The position numbers and the translations under genes were made by a program. This document shows, piece after piece, positions 39,667 to 50,010 of a DNA stretch of 64,000 bases. The notes under the pieces are model-generated. The model saw only the letters and a program-made list of their open reading frames with translations, searched no databases and had not been told where the DNA came from. The stretch's first letter is position 1. Each line of letters begins with the position of its first letter. Source of the DNA: an uncultured Pseudomonadota bacterium (GTDB lineage: Bacteria > Pseudomonadota > Gammaproteobacteria > Natronospirales > REEB76); the NCBI GenBank assembly GCA_963774895.1, contig CAVZGN010000002.1:454454-518453 (forward strand). The letters are read 5' to 3'.

Positions 39667-40956
39667 TCAGAATAGCGGTGGAACATACGCATTGATGAAT
39701 TGCACAAATTCGTTGGCGGGGATCGGTTTGCTGATGTAATAACCCTGGGCATAATTGCACTGCAATGCCGCCAGAGCTCGCAGTATCTCCATACTCTCCG
39801 CACCCTCCGCGGCCACCTGCAACTCGAAAGCCTGTGCCAGACCAATGATGGCCCGCACGATGTTGGCATCCGCTTTACTGGTGAGCATGTTCATCACGAA
39901 ACTCTTGTCGATCTTGAGTTCCGACGCCGGAATGTTCTTGAAATTCGCGAGTGACGAATAGCCGGTGCCGAAATCGTCTATGGATACCATCACTCCCCGA
40001 TTCTTGAGCTCACGCACAGTCTCGAAACTTATATCGGTGTAGTCCATCATCGCCGCTTCGGTGATCTCCAGGATCAACCGGTTAGGTTTGGCGCTCCATA
40101 TGTTCATGGCATCCGCTACCCTCCTCACCAGGGTCTCGTCCTCCAGCAGTGAGGGCGCGATATTGATGGCGAGTGACAGCGGTCCGAAGCGTGTCGGCCA
40201 GGTGGCGGCATGTTGCAGTGCCATATTGATGGCCGACCAGGTGAGCTCCTTGATCTGGCCGGTACGGGTCGCTATTGGGATGAAGATGTTAGGTGGCACG
40301 ATGCCGCGCGTCGGACTGCGCCAGCGCAGCAGTGCTTCCGCGCCCGCCAGCAGTCCACCACGCAGGTTGATCTTTGGCTGATAGAAGATCTCCAGTTCAC
40401 CGTTGTCCAGGGCGGTATCCAGCTCGCTCTCCAGGTTCCAGGCTCCGGCGAGGTGTTCCTGGGTATCTTCCTGGTACATTAGATAAGGCACGCCGCTGCG
40501 GATGGCATCGGAGAGCGCCAGTTCCGCGTGCTGCAGCAGCATGTCGGGCTGATCGGCATGCTCGGGATAGATCGCCAGACCCATGTTAGCGCCCACAGAG
40601 ACCACATGCTCATCCATTTCGAAAGGCATGCTCAGGGTGCGCAGTGTCTTATTGGCTGCCAGGATACAATGCCCTGCATTCATGATGTCCGGCAAAATCA
40701 CCGCATATTCGTGATCGCCGATACGCATGATGCGATCCTGGTCACGGCAGGTATCAGCCAGTCGCGTGGCCAGCTGCTCCATCAGCTCCTCGATGCTTCG
40801 ATGACCGAACAACGCACCGAATTCCTGACCGCGTTTCACCTGGACCACCAGCAATGCCAGTTGAGCGCCTTGCATGTGAGCGCGCCGGATATAGCTCTCC
40901 AGATGGCGTATCAGCGATGGCCGATTAGAACGCAATGAAAGGATTTTGTCTGACAT
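39667..40956 (-). CDS. degenerate-GGDEF / EAL domain c-di-GMP phosphodiesterase
   Basis: The GGDEF site is replaced by RIGDHEY. The EAL domain looks intact (EALLRW, EITE, DDFGTGYSSL, KIDKSFV, QGYY). Confidence 0.85.
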   Translation of the reverse strand: MSDKILSLRSNRPSLIRHLESYIRRAHMQGAQLALLVVQVKRGQEFGALFGHRSIEELMEQLATRLADTCRDQDRIMRIGDHEYAVILPDIMNAGHCILAANKTLRTLSMPFEMDEHVVSVGANMGLAIYPEHADQPDMLLQHAELALSDAIRSGVPYLMYQEDTQEHLAGAWNLESELDTALDNGELEIFYQPKINLRGGLLAGAEALLRWRSPTRGIVPPNIFIPIATRTGQIKELTWSAINMALQHAATWPTRFGPLSLAINIAPSLLEDETLVRRVADAMNIWSAKPNRLILEITEAAMMDYTDISFETVRELKNRGVMVSIDDFGTGYSSLANFKNIPASELKIDKSFVMNMLTSKADANIVRAIIGLAQAFELQVAAEGAESMEILRALAALQCNYAQGYYISKPIPANEFVQFINAYVPPLF

Positions 40957-40979
40957 TCAGGATCCAGCCATGGAAAAAT

Positions 40980-42248
40980 TCACAGATACAGTTCCTGGGG
41001 GTCGATACCATAGGCGCCGAGCTCCAGGCATTTCTCTATCCACAATTCCTCAGTTCCTTTCAAATGGGTATCGAACAGCAGATCGACTGTGTTGAACTGC
41101 GGTAGCCGTTTTTTGTTTTCATCGAGTATAAGCATGACGCGAGGTTTGAGCCGGCGCGAATCGTTCTGTGCGATCACGATGGCTACGGCGCCGGTGTTAA
41201 GTTCCACCAGGGAACCGGTGGGGAAGACGCCCACCACCTGCATGAACTGTTCGACCACCTCAGACTGAAACAGCGTGCCGCGCCAACTGTAGATTTCACG
41301 CACCGCCTCGTAAGGCGAGCGTAGTTTGCTATAGGGGCGCGAACTGGTGATGGCGTCGTAGCAATCCACCATGCCGGCGATCTTGGCTAAAGTCGGTATC
41401 TGGTTTTCCTTGAGCTTATCCGGGTAACCGCTGCCATCATGGCGCTCATGATGACTGCGCACCATGGATATAATCCGCTCGGTGATGCCGCCCGCGCCCT
41501 CCAGCAGGTTGATGCTGTAATCCACATGATTGCGCATAACATGCCATTCAACTTCCGTGAGTTTCTCCGCCTTGGTCAGCAGGGTATGCGGAAGTTTGGT
41601 CTTGCCCACATCGAATAGCATGCAGCCCAAACCGATTTCATGCAGTGCAGATTTGTCCAGGCCCAGGTGGCGTCCGAAGGTAATCCCCCAGATGGATGTG
41701 CTCACCGAGTGGTGATACATGTAGGAATCATATTTCTTCATGCGTGCTAGCCAGATCATGGCATCCGGATTACGCAGCACACTTTCCACCATGGGTTCGA
41801 CAGTCTCCTTGGCGATCTGCACGTCCAGCCGTCCGTCCGTCTGGAGTTTGGTTATCAGATCCTCGACAGCCTTGTTGGCCTCGGTATAAATCGCCTTGGC
41901 AACCGGCAGTTCCTTTTCCACTGGCTGGGTTGTGGCGTATACGGTGCGATTGCGGTTGCTGGCCGGAGCATGGGGTTTGGCATAGTGCAGGCTGGTGATC
42001 TGGGTGATGGTGCGGTTTTCACGTCTGACGCCGGTTTTGGTGCGGGTGTTTTCCTTGTGGCTCTGCTCGAAATCCACATATACATATCGGCAGTGATGCT
42101 TCAGCTCTTCGATGTCTTCCTGATTGCGGATAAAGAAACCCTGGAACAGGAACGGGGTATCAGTCCACGGCCGGTCAAGACGCGCCACATACATGCCGGT
42201 CTCGAGATCCGCGGTATTTACTTTTATTTGATTTTGAGGTTCGACCAC
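40980..42248 (-). CDS. HD-GYP domain c-di-GMP phosphodiesterase (DUF3391-type N-terminus)
   Basis: HHERHDGSGYP motif and HD residues upstream. 23 nt upstream of the EAL gene on the same strand. Confidence 0.85.
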   Translation of the reverse strand: MVEPQNQIKVNTADLETGMYVARLDRPWTDTPFLFQGFFIRNQEDIEELKHHCRYVYVDFEQSHKENTRTKTGVRRENRTITQITSLHYAKPHAPASNRNRTVYATTQPVEKELPVAKAIYTEANKAVEDLITKLQTDGRLDVQIAKETVEPMVESVLRNPDAMIWLARMKKYDSYMYHHSVSTSIWGITFGRHLGLDKSALHEIGLGCMLFDVGKTKLPHTLLTKAEKLTEVEWHVMRNHVDYSINLLEGAGGITERIISMVRSHHERHDGSGYPDKLKENQIPTLAKIAGMVDCYDAITSSRPYSKLRSPYEAVREIYSWRGTLFQSEVVEQFMQVVGVFPTGSLVELNTGAVAIVIAQNDSRRLKPRVMLILDENKKRLPQFNTVDLLFDTHLKGTEELWIEKCLELGAYGIDPQELYL

Positions 42249-42387
42249 GTCGTTCCTGTGTATATGCCGTTGTCATTAATGAGACGGCGAAGCACCGACT
42301 GCATATAGCCACGCAGCAAACGGACCAGTATGGTACGTGGCGCACGCTTTTGACAATCACCGCGCCAGCGGCATTCACGCTTGAAAA

Positions 42388-43104
42388 TCAGGCTGCACGC
42401 GCGGCGCGTGCCAAACACCAGACCTGTACCTTGGCGGCTCCGGCCTGTCTGAGAGTCGAAGCCAGGGCGGAGGCGGTGGCGCCGGTAGTCAGGACGTCGT
42501 CCAGGACGGCGATATGCGCGCCGATTAGCGAATGGCCGATTTCGAAAGCCGCACGCAGGTTGCGGCGGCGTGCTACAGCATCGAGCTCGGATTGTACTGC
42601 CGTATTCTTAACACGGACGCATACACGGTCATCGGCGATGCAAAGCCGCAAGCGCCGGGCAACCGGTCGCGCGAGTTCCAACGCTTGGTTGAAACCGCGA
42701 CTACGCAGACGTGCAACGTGCAAGGGCACGGGTAAAAGTAAATCCGGCTTCATGATGTTACCGGCTGCCAGATACGCCGCCAGCAGTTCACCCAACACCC
42801 GGCCGGTGGCCAGATCGCCGCTGAATTTGAAACGTTGCAGCAAGTGATCCAGCGGCCAGGTATACAGCAAGGGGCTGATGGCCCCATCCCACGGCGGCGG
42901 AGATCTAAGACAATCACCACAACGCTGTACGCCGACCCCGAACGGCATGGGCGCAGCACACAGTCTGCAGAAATGTCGATTCCAGCACAGATCCCGGGTA
43001 CAGGCGGCACACAATTCCCACTGTGAACGGCTGCGCCTTCCGCAAAGCAGGCAAAAAGGTGGGTATAGCAGGCTACCCAGGCGTTTCAGCCAACCGTAAA
43101 CCAT
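42388..43104 (-). CDS. comF: ComF family protein (PRTase-like)
   Basis: N-terminal Cys-rich zinc-finger pattern (CLLCG...CAAC...CRLC...CGDC) and C-terminal PRTase motif VLDDVLTTGATA. Start set at ATG 43104. Confidence 0.8.
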   Translation of the reverse strand: MVYGWLKRLGSLLYPPFCLLCGRRSRSQWELCAACTRDLCWNRHFCRLCAAPMPFGVGVQRCGDCLRSPPPWDGAISPLLYTWPLDHLLQRFKFSGDLATGRVLGELLAAYLAAGNIMKPDLLLPVPLHVARLRSRGFNQALELARPVARRLRLCIADDRVCVRVKNTAVQSELDAVARRRNLRAAFEIGHSLIGAHIAVLDDVLTTGATASALASTLRQAGAAKVQVWCLARAARAA

Positions 43105-43147
43105 CCCTAGATCTCCGGGTTGACAGCCTTCTTTATCCCGATACACT
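43096..43147 (+). promoter_or_regulatory. putative bioB promoter with BirA-operator-like inverted repeat
   Basis: GTAAACC (43096-43102) - 15 nt - GGTTGAC (43118-43124) is an imperfect palindrome resembling the E. coli bioO half-sites TTGTAAACC/GGTTTACAA. It overlaps a perfect -35 TTGACA (43120-43125), which is followed after 16 nt by TACACT (43142-43147). Confidence 0.35.
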
Positions 43148-43203
43148 GCGTCCAGGCTTACGGGATCATCACAGCATGATGCCATGCTTACGCGGTGCTC
43201 ACC

Positions 43204-44247
43204 ATGCATTCTTTGAACAGCAACACTGCTTCGGACATCCGCCATGACTGGACACTGTCAGAAGTCCAGGCGCTTATGTCGCAACCCTTCAATGATCTGT
43301 TGTATCAGGCCCATAATCTGCACCGCTGCTATTTCGACCCCAACGCGGTGCAGATCTCCACGCTCTTGTCCATCAAGACGGGGTCGTGCCCGGAAGACTG
43401 CAAATACTGTCCGCAGAGCGCCCGATACCACACCAGCCTCAAGTCCGAAAAACTCATGCCTGTGGCGGATGTGATCAGCCAGGCGAAGCTCGCCAAGGAT
43501 AACGGCGCCACGCGCTTCTGCATGGGTGCGGCCTATCGCAGCCCAAAGGATAAGGACCTGGACAAGATCATCGACATGATCCGTGCAGTACGTGCGCTCG
43601 ACATGGAGACCTGCGCCACGCTCGGCATGCTCACAGCCAAGCAGGCGCAGCGGCTGGCAGATGCCGGACTGGATTACTACAACCACAATATTGATACCTC
43701 GGAAAACTATTACCGCGAGATCATCACCACCCGCTGCTTTCAGGACCGCCTGGACACATTGCAGCATGTGCGCGCCGCCGGCATGCATGTATGCTGCGGC
43801 GGTATCATCGGCATGGGTGAGAGCCGCAGCGATCACGCCGCCATGCTGCACACACTGGCGACCTTGCCGAAGCATCCAGAGAGCGTGCCCATCAACCAGC
43901 TGGTGCAGGTGGAAGGCACGCCACTGCACGGCAGCGCGGCCGTGGATCCTTTCGACTTCATCCGCGTCATCGCCGTGGCCCGTATCCTCATGCCCAAGGC
44001 GCACGTGCGCCTGTCAGCAGGTCGTGCGCAGATGCACGACGAGATGCAGGCACTGGCGTTTTTCGCCGGTGCCAATTCCATCTTCTATGGTGAAAAGCTT
44101 CTGACCACCGAAAACCCGGAACAGGATGCAGACCGGCGGTTATTCGCACGTCTCGGCATCCACGCGGAAGCGTCTTCCGATGCGGCCGGCCGCAAGCCTG
44201 GAGCCGGCGCTGCGGATCAGCATGAGCAACGCCGCGCAACGTCTTGA
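43204..44247 (+). CDS. bioB: biotin synthase
   Basis: [11 protein letters not shown] radical-SAM motif. ATG 43204 gives an N-terminus co-linear with E. coli BioB; the track start is GTG 43195. Confidence 0.95.
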   Translation: MHSLNSNTASDIRHDWTLSEVQALMSQPFNDLLYQAHNLHRCYFDPNAVQISTLLSIKTGSCPEDCKYCPQSARYHTSLKSEKLMPVADVISQAKLAKDNGATRFCMGAAYRSPKDKDLDKIIDMIRAVRALDMETCATLGMLTAKQAQRLADAGLDYYNHNIDTSENYYREIITTRCFQDRLDTLQHVRAAGMHVCCGGIIGMGESRSDHAAMLHTLATLPKHPESVPINQLVQVEGTPLHGSAAVDPFDFIRVIAVARILMPKAHVRLSAGRAQMHDEMQALAFFAGANSIFYGEKLLTTENPEQDADRRLFARLGIHAEASSDAAGRKPGAGAADQHEQRRATS

Positions 44248-45406
44248 TGATTTGCTCAGCCCTGATCTGCAAGCGCTGAGAGCCCGATCGCTGTACCGCT
44301 CGCGGCGCGTGGTCGATGGACCTCAGGGCGCAGAGATCCAAATCGACGGCCGGCGTTGTCTAAATTTCTCCAGCAACGATTACCTGGGACTCGCCGGGCA
44401 TCCGGCTTTGCGCAGGGCGGCGGGCCGTGCGCTCGATGAATATGGCACCGGCAGCGGCGCTTCCCATCTAATCACCGGCCATAGCCGTGCGCACGCGGCA
44501 CTCGAAGCCGAGCTCGCTGAGTTCACACGACGACCACGGGCCTTGCTGTTCTCGACTGGGTACACGGCGAATCTGGGTGTGGCCGGCGCACTGCTGGGCC
44601 GCGGCGACCGGGTGTTATGCGATCGTTTGGATCACGCCTCGCTGCTGGATGCATGTGTACTCAGCGGCGCGCGCTTCCACCGATATCCGCACGCGCGCAC
44701 GGACACATCCGAGTGGCAAAAAATCCAGCCCGCTGGACGCACGCTGGTCATGACCGATGGCGTGTTCAGCATGGACGGCGACATAGCGCCGCTGCCGGAT
44801 TTGGCGCAAGCGTGCGCAGCGTCGGGCGCGTTTCTAATGGTCGATGATGCCCACGCATTCGGTGTACTTGGCCAACACGGCCGTGGCAGCCTTGAACATT
44901 TTGGCCTGGGGCAGCAAGAGGTACCCATATATATGGCTACGCTCGGCAAGGCTTTGGGCAGCTTCGGTGCATTCGTAGCCGGCAGTGAATCGCTGGTGGA
45001 AACTCTCATCCAGCACGCGCGCACCTACATCTATACGACCGCGATGCCCGCCTGCTTGGCCGAGGCCGGGCGCGCGGCGCTCAAGCTGGTGCAAACCGAA
45101 GACTGGCGGCGCGAGCATCTCAAGCGACTGATCCAACGATTCCGCAGCGGCGCCAGCCAACTGGGCCTGCCGATGCTGGATTCCATGACTGCCATCCAGC
45201 CGCTGCTGCTGGGTGCGCCGCAACTGGCAGTGACGGTCTCCGAACATCTGCGTGAGCGCGGCATGCTGGCGCTGGCGATCCGCCCGCCCACCGTGCCTGC
45301 CGGCAGTGCGCGCCTGCGCATCACGCTGTCCGCGGCTCACAGCGGGGAACACATTGACCGACTGCTGGAGGCATTGACAGTCGTGTTGACCGAGTTGAAC
45401 CGTTGA
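44222..45406 (+). CDS. bioF: 8-amino-7-oxononanoate synthase
   Basis: PLP-dependent class II fold with SMDGD and TLGKALG (Lys). Start at ATG 44222, overlapping the bioB end. Confidence 0.9.
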   Translation: MSNAAQRLDDLLSPDLQALRARSLYRSRRVVDGPQGAEIQIDGRRCLNFSSNDYLGLAGHPALRRAAGRALDEYGTGSGASHLITGHSRAHAALEAELAEFTRRPRALLFSTGYTANLGVAGALLGRGDRVLCDRLDHASLLDACVLSGARFHRYPHARTDTSEWQKIQPAGRTLVMTDGVFSMDGDIAPLPDLAQACAASGAFLMVDDAHAFGVLGQHGRGSLEHFGLGQQEVPIYMATLGKALGSFGAFVAGSESLVETLIQHARTYIYTTAMPACLAEAGRAALKLVQTEDWRREHLKRLIQRFRSGASQLGLPMLDSMTAIQPLLLGAPQLAVTVSEHLRERGMLALAIRPPTVPAGSARLRITLSAAHSGEHIDRLLEALTVVLTELNR

Positions 45407-45430
45407 CTATTGCGCACCGCGCCGGGGTTT

Positions 45431-46273
45431 ATGTCGTTGAAACTGCACACTGAAACCACCGGCTACGGCCCGGATTTATTTCTGGTGCATGGTTGGTGCC
45501 TGCACAGCGGTGTATGGGGCAGCCTTGTGCCGGAACTGACGCGCAGCTATCGCGTCACCCGGGTGGATTTACCGGGGCATGGTCGCAGCCACGAGCTATC
45601 GATGCCAACGACACTCATGGAGCTGGCACATATGCTCCTGGAAGTCGCGCCGCAGAATGCCGCGTGGCTGGGATGGTCACTGGGTGGCCTGGCATGCTTG
45701 CGCGCGGCTGTGGATTTTCCGGGGCGCTTACGTGCCCTGGTGCTGGTAAGCACCACGCCACGCTTTATAACCGCTGCCGATTGGCCACAGGCCATGCCGC
45801 TGGAACAATTACAGGCAATGGTTACAGAGCTGCGGGACGATCACCAAAAAACCGTGCAACGGTTTCTGACCCTGCAGATGCGTGGTGATTCGGCAGCTCA
45901 GGCGACGCTGCGGCAGCTGCGCACAGTACTGCTATCGATTGGCCAGCCATCAGCCACGGATCTGGAACGCGGCCTGAAGTTGTTGCGCGACAGTGATGTG
46001 CGCGCCGAATTGCCACACATTCATATACCGACATTGGTCATCACGGGCGGCTACGACCGGCTGATACCGGTGCAGGCGGGCGAATTCATGGCGGCCGTTG
46101 TGCAGGGCGCACAATTCGTGGTCTTTCCCCAAGCAGCGCATGCGCCATTTCTGTCCCGTCCGGTGGAATTCCTGTTCGCATTACAGCAGTTTCTGCAGAA
46201 ACTTCCGGCAGTCCGGAGCGTGCAGGCCGGCGATCATCCGCCTATGTCTGCGCTCGGTGACCAACGAACATGA
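45431..46273 (+). CDS. bioH: pimeloyl-[ACP] methyl ester esterase
   Basis: Alpha/beta hydrolase with LVHGW and nucleophile GWSLGG. bioBFHCD order. Confidence 0.85.
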   Translation: MSLKLHTETTGYGPDLFLVHGWCLHSGVWGSLVPELTRSYRVTRVDLPGHGRSHELSMPTTLMELAHMLLEVAPQNAAWLGWSLGGLACLRAAVDFPGRLRALVLVSTTPRFITAADWPQAMPLEQLQAMVTELRDDHQKTVQRFLTLQMRGDSAAQATLRQLRTVLLSIGQPSATDLERGLKLLRDSDVRAELPHIHIPTLVITGGYDRLIPVQAGEFMAAVVQGAQFVVFPQAAHAPFLSRPVEFLFALQQFLQKLPAVRSVQAGDHPPMSALGDQRT

Positions 46274-47166
46274 ACGACAGCCACCATCAGGATGAGTTCT
46301 CGCTGGATCATCGCCAGCTGCGGGCATCCTTCGAGCGAGCCGCCCGTGGTTATGACGTGGCCGCAGTCCTGCAACGAGAAATCGGTACGCGCCTGCGGGA
46401 GCGGCTGGAACTAACCACGCTCATACCCGCGCGCATCCTGGATGTAGGCTGTGGCACCGGTGGTCAGATGCGGGCGTTAGCCAAACGTTATCCCGCGGCG
46501 CAGGTATGCGGCGCAGATCTGGCCATGAACATGCTGCTTGCCGGCCGCCGCGCCCATGGCTGGTTCAGCCGAAAACCGTTGGTGTGCGCCGATGCTGCGC
46601 ACCTACCGTTCGCGGCCACCAGTTTTGATCTGGCCTACAGCAACTTGATGCTGCAATGGTGTGATGATCCGGAGCGAGTATTCAGGGAACTGCGGCGCGT
46701 GCTGCATCCACATGCGCTGCTGCTGTTCAGCACCTTTGGTCCAGACACCCTCAAGGAATTACGCAGCGCCTGGCAAGCGGTTGATGGTTTCAATCATGTG
46801 AATCGCTTCATCGATATGCATGACATCGGTGATGTGCTGCTGCGCGCCGGTTTCGTGGAACCGGTGATGGATGTGGAGCATATGACGCTCACTTACACGG
46901 ACGTACATGCATTGATGCGCGATCTGAAAAGCATCGGCGCGCATAACGTCACCCACGGCCGGGCCCGCGGCTTGTACGGACGCGAGCGCATGCAGCAACT
47001 CGCGCAGGCTTACGAACGATTCCGCCACGATGGACGTGTGCCGGCCACCTATGAAGTGGTGTACGGCACGGCCTGGACACCTGCCTATATTCCTGCCGAC
47101 ATGTTGACGCCGGATGAAATCCAAACCGCCTTGGGCGGCCGGCAACCAACGGCTGGCGGTATCTGA
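46270..47166 (+). CDS. bioC: malonyl-[ACP] O-methyltransferase
   Basis: SAM motif ILDVGCGTG. ATGA overlap with bioH. Confidence 0.85.
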   Translation: MNDSHHQDEFSLDHRQLRASFERAARGYDVAAVLQREIGTRLRERLELTTLIPARILDVGCGTGGQMRALAKRYPAAQVCGADLAMNMLLAGRRAHGWFSRKPLVCADAAHLPFAATSFDLAYSNLMLQWCDDPERVFRELRRVLHPHALLLFSTFGPDTLKELRSAWQAVDGFNHVNRFIDMHDIGDVLLRAGFVEPVMDVEHMTLTYTDVHALMRDLKSIGAHNVTHGRARGLYGRERMQQLAQAYERFRHDGRVPATYEVVYGTAWTPAYIPADMLTPDEIQTALGGRQPTAGGI

Positions 47167-47868
47167 ATGCGCGGTTTCTTCATCACCGCCACCGACACCG
47201 GCGTGGGCAAGACGCTGGTGGCCACGAGTCTGTTGCGCGTCATCGCGGCCACCGGCCTGCAGGCTGTCGGCATGAAACCGGTGGCCAGCGGCGCCTCGCA
47301 GACCACCACAGGATTGCGCAATGCGGATGCCATGGAGTTGCAAGCCGCATCGACCACATCGCCGCCCTATGAAGATGTGAATCCTTATGTGTTTACTCCC
47401 GCCATCGCGCCGCACCTGGCCGCAGCTGAAGCCGGGGTGACCATTGAACTGCCGCGGATACTCGCGGCCTGTCAGCGGCTGTGCAGTGACGCCGATGCGT
47501 TGGTGGTGGAAGGGGTGGGCGGCTGGCAGGTGCCGTTGGCCGATGGTCTGCAGTTACCGGATCTGGCCCGGGCTTTGGGCTTGCCGGTGATCCTGGTGGT
47601 GGGGTTGCGTCTGGGTTGTCTTAATCACGCGCAGCTTAGCGCCCGCGCCATCCGTGAGGACGGTCTGAGACTCGCCGGCTGGGTGGCGAACGCGATCGAT
47701 CCTGATTTCGAACGCCGCTCGGGGAATCTCGCAACCCTGAAACGCGTGCTGCCAGCGCCGCTATTGGGGAATATCGCCTGGCAGCCTACGCTAAACCGCG
47801 AAACACTGGCAGACGAACTGGATGCGGCGAGCATCCTCAGGATCCTGAACGCTGCCCAGGCAGAATGA
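47167..47868 (+). CDS. bioD: dethiobiotin synthetase
   Basis: P-loop TDTGVGKT and EGVGGW motif. Confidence 0.9.
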   Translation: MRGFFITATDTGVGKTLVATSLLRVIAATGLQAVGMKPVASGASQTTTGLRNADAMELQAASTTSPPYEDVNPYVFTPAIAPHLAAAEAGVTIELPRILAACQRLCSDADALVVEGVGGWQVPLADGLQLPDLARALGLPVILVVGLRLGCLNHAQLSARAIREDGLRLAGWVANAIDPDFERRSGNLATLKRVLPAPLLGNIAWQPTLNRETLADELDAASILRILNAAQAE

Positions 47869-48134
47869 CACACCGAATCACGGACACAAGGCCGCCGAGA
47901 TGTACGGGAGTCCACCTGGGCGATGTCGCCGACGCCATGCAGCTCCGCGCAGCCAATTCTGAAGAATTACCCGCAGAATCCTCGGACTCCGTTGCACACT
48001 ATAGGTGCTTGCAGTAGCATACTTCGCCAGTTTTCCGCGGCTTCAAACCACAGACCGGGTGTTGCATAATCAAGCGCCGGCGGTCCTATATGGATAATAA
48101 TTGTGCAGCTGGCAGTTGCGAGGTGACTGCGACC

Positions 48135-48626
48135 ATGCCGGCCGTCAAGCCCGATGCCGCCCTGCATCGTATAGTGATCGTGCCGAATCGATCGCTGAGT
48201 ATTGGGGGTTTTTGGCTCTTTTATGCCAGCACCGTGGCCGTGACTCTGGCACTGGGCATGTGGTTTGCGCTGGCGGGATTCTGGCCAGTACTGGCATACA
48301 CCATTGTCGAGATGCTGCTGCTGGGCTTGTGTCTCTACCTATGCTGGCAGCACGGACAATATGGCGAGGTGATTACCGTGGATGGCGCGCATGTGCTGAT
48401 AGACAAGCGTCAGGGTCAGCATGTAGTGCACCGGGAGTTCAATCGCTACTGGGCGCAATTGGTGGTAAGCGAACCGGCAACACGACTGCATTCATGGCGG
48501 CTGTTTATACGCTCCCATGGCCGACAGTGCGAAATCGGTCGTTGCCTGACGGAAGCAGGGCGTGACACACTTAAACTGCGGCTCGCGGAACTGATCGGGC
48601 CATTGGGAAAAACTGTATCAATCTGA
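48135..48626 (+). CDS. DUF2244-like two-TM membrane protein (oxidase-cluster associated)
   Basis: IVPNRSLS followed by two hydrophobic helices. Sits immediately upstream of coxB. Start is uncertain (ATG 48090 or ATG 48135). Confidence 0.55.
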   Translation: MPAVKPDAALHRIVIVPNRSLSIGGFWLFYASTVAVTLALGMWFALAGFWPVLAYTIVEMLLLGLCLYLCWQHGQYGEVITVDGAHVLIDKRQGQHVVHREFNRYWAQLVVSEPATRLHSWRLFIRSHGRQCEIGRCLTEAGRDTLKLRLAELIGPLGKTVSI

Positions 48627-48669
48627 AGTTGCCACAGGTTATCTGGATCCCAGCTGGAGTCATAAACGC

Positions 48670-49989
48670 ATGCTTTTAAAAAATCTCAACTTTGCCTTGC
48701 GCGTGCTGGTTGCCGCGATGCTGGCGTTTATTTCCGGAACGGCTCTGGCTGTGGATTTGAACATGCCGATGGGCGTCACGCCCATCGGCCAGGCTGTCTA
48801 CGGTTTGCACATGTACGCCTTCTGGGTGTGTGTGGGTATTGGCATCGTGGTCTTCGGTCTGATGATCGTTTCGATTATCTGGCACCGCAAAGCCGCCGGT
48901 CATCAAGCCGCACAGTTCCATGATAATACCGTGCTGGAAGTAATTTGGACCATAATTCCCTTCATCATTCTGATCGCGCTCGCGATACCTTCGGCCAAAA
49001 TCCTGGTGAAAATGACCGACACCAGCGATTCGGATATGAGCATCAAGATCGAGGGTTATCAGTGGAAGTGGCAATATGATTATCTGCAGGACGGCTTCAG
49101 TTATTTCAGCACCTTGGCCGCTGATAGCAACGCAGCCCGCCAACTGGATTCCGGGATCAATCCAGAGAGCATTCCACATTATCTGCGCGACGTGGATCAT
49201 CCAATGGTAGTGCCCACTGATACGAAGATTCGCCTATTGATTACTTCGAATGATGTGATTCACTCCTGGTGGGTTCCGGATTTTGGCGTCAAAATGGATG
49301 CCATCCCTGGTTTTGTGAACCAGGTCTGGATCAAGGTGGATCAGCCTGGTACCTATCGCGGGTCATGTTCACAATTGTGCGGCCGTGGGCACGCCTTCAT
49401 GCCCATCGTAGTGGTGGCTGAAAACCGGGACGATTACCAGAAATGGATCGCAGCCATGAAGACCGGCAACGGCGCTTACATCGACCCGGCGTCAATGCAA
49501 TCTGAACAAACCGGCAGTCCGGTGGTGTACGCACCGGCGGTACTCAATATCAATACAAATACGTCCGCCCAGCTGCAGCCGACTGCCTCGGTGCTGCCAG
49601 CTGCAGCGCCAACAGCTCAAGCACAAAGCCCTACGACTGTCGCCGAGCCATCTGTCCAAAAGATGGCGGGTATAGAAAAAACTCTGACCTTGGCAGAGGC
49701 CATGGCGCGTGGCAAACAGGTGTTTGATACCAACTGTGCCGCCTGCCATATGACCAACGGTAAGGGCAACCCGGAAATCGGCGCACCGGCCATTGCCGGT
49801 GGCCCGATCCCGAATGGTCCAGTGGCTGCGCATATCAGTCTGGTATTGCACGGCAAAGGCATTATGCCGGCCTGGGGCAAAGTCCTGAACGATGCTGATC
49901 TTGCTGCTGTGATCACTTATGAGCGCAATGCCTTCGGTAATCATAAGGGTGATGTAGTGCAGCCCGCCCAGATCAAGGCTGCACGCTGA
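48670..49989 (+). CDS. coxB: cytochrome c oxidase subunit II with C-terminal cytochrome c domain
   Basis: CuA site HSWWVPDFG...CSQLCGRGHAFM. After an Ala/Pro/Thr/Gln-rich linker comes a CAACHM haem c motif with a GIMPAWG Met ligand. Confidence 0.9.
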   Translation: MLLKNLNFALRVLVAAMLAFISGTALAVDLNMPMGVTPIGQAVYGLHMYAFWVCVGIGIVVFGLMIVSIIWHRKAAGHQAAQFHDNTVLEVIWTIIPFIILIALAIPSAKILVKMTDTSDSDMSIKIEGYQWKWQYDYLQDGFSYFSTLAADSNAARQLDSGINPESIPHYLRDVDHPMVVPTDTKIRLLITSNDVIHSWWVPDFGVKMDAIPGFVNQVWIKVDQPGTYRGSCSQLCGRGHAFMPIVVVAENRDDYQKWIAAMKTGNGAYIDPASMQSEQTGSPVVYAPAVLNINTNTSAQLQPTASVLPAAAPTAQAQSPTTVAEPSVQKMAGIEKTLTLAEAMARGKQVFDTNCAACHMTNGKGNPEIGAPAIAGGPIPNGPVAAHISLVLHGKGIMPAWGKVLNDADLAAVITYERNAFGNHKGDVVQPAQIKAAR

Positions 49990-50010
49990 GTTTTAATCGA
50001 GGAACCGAAC

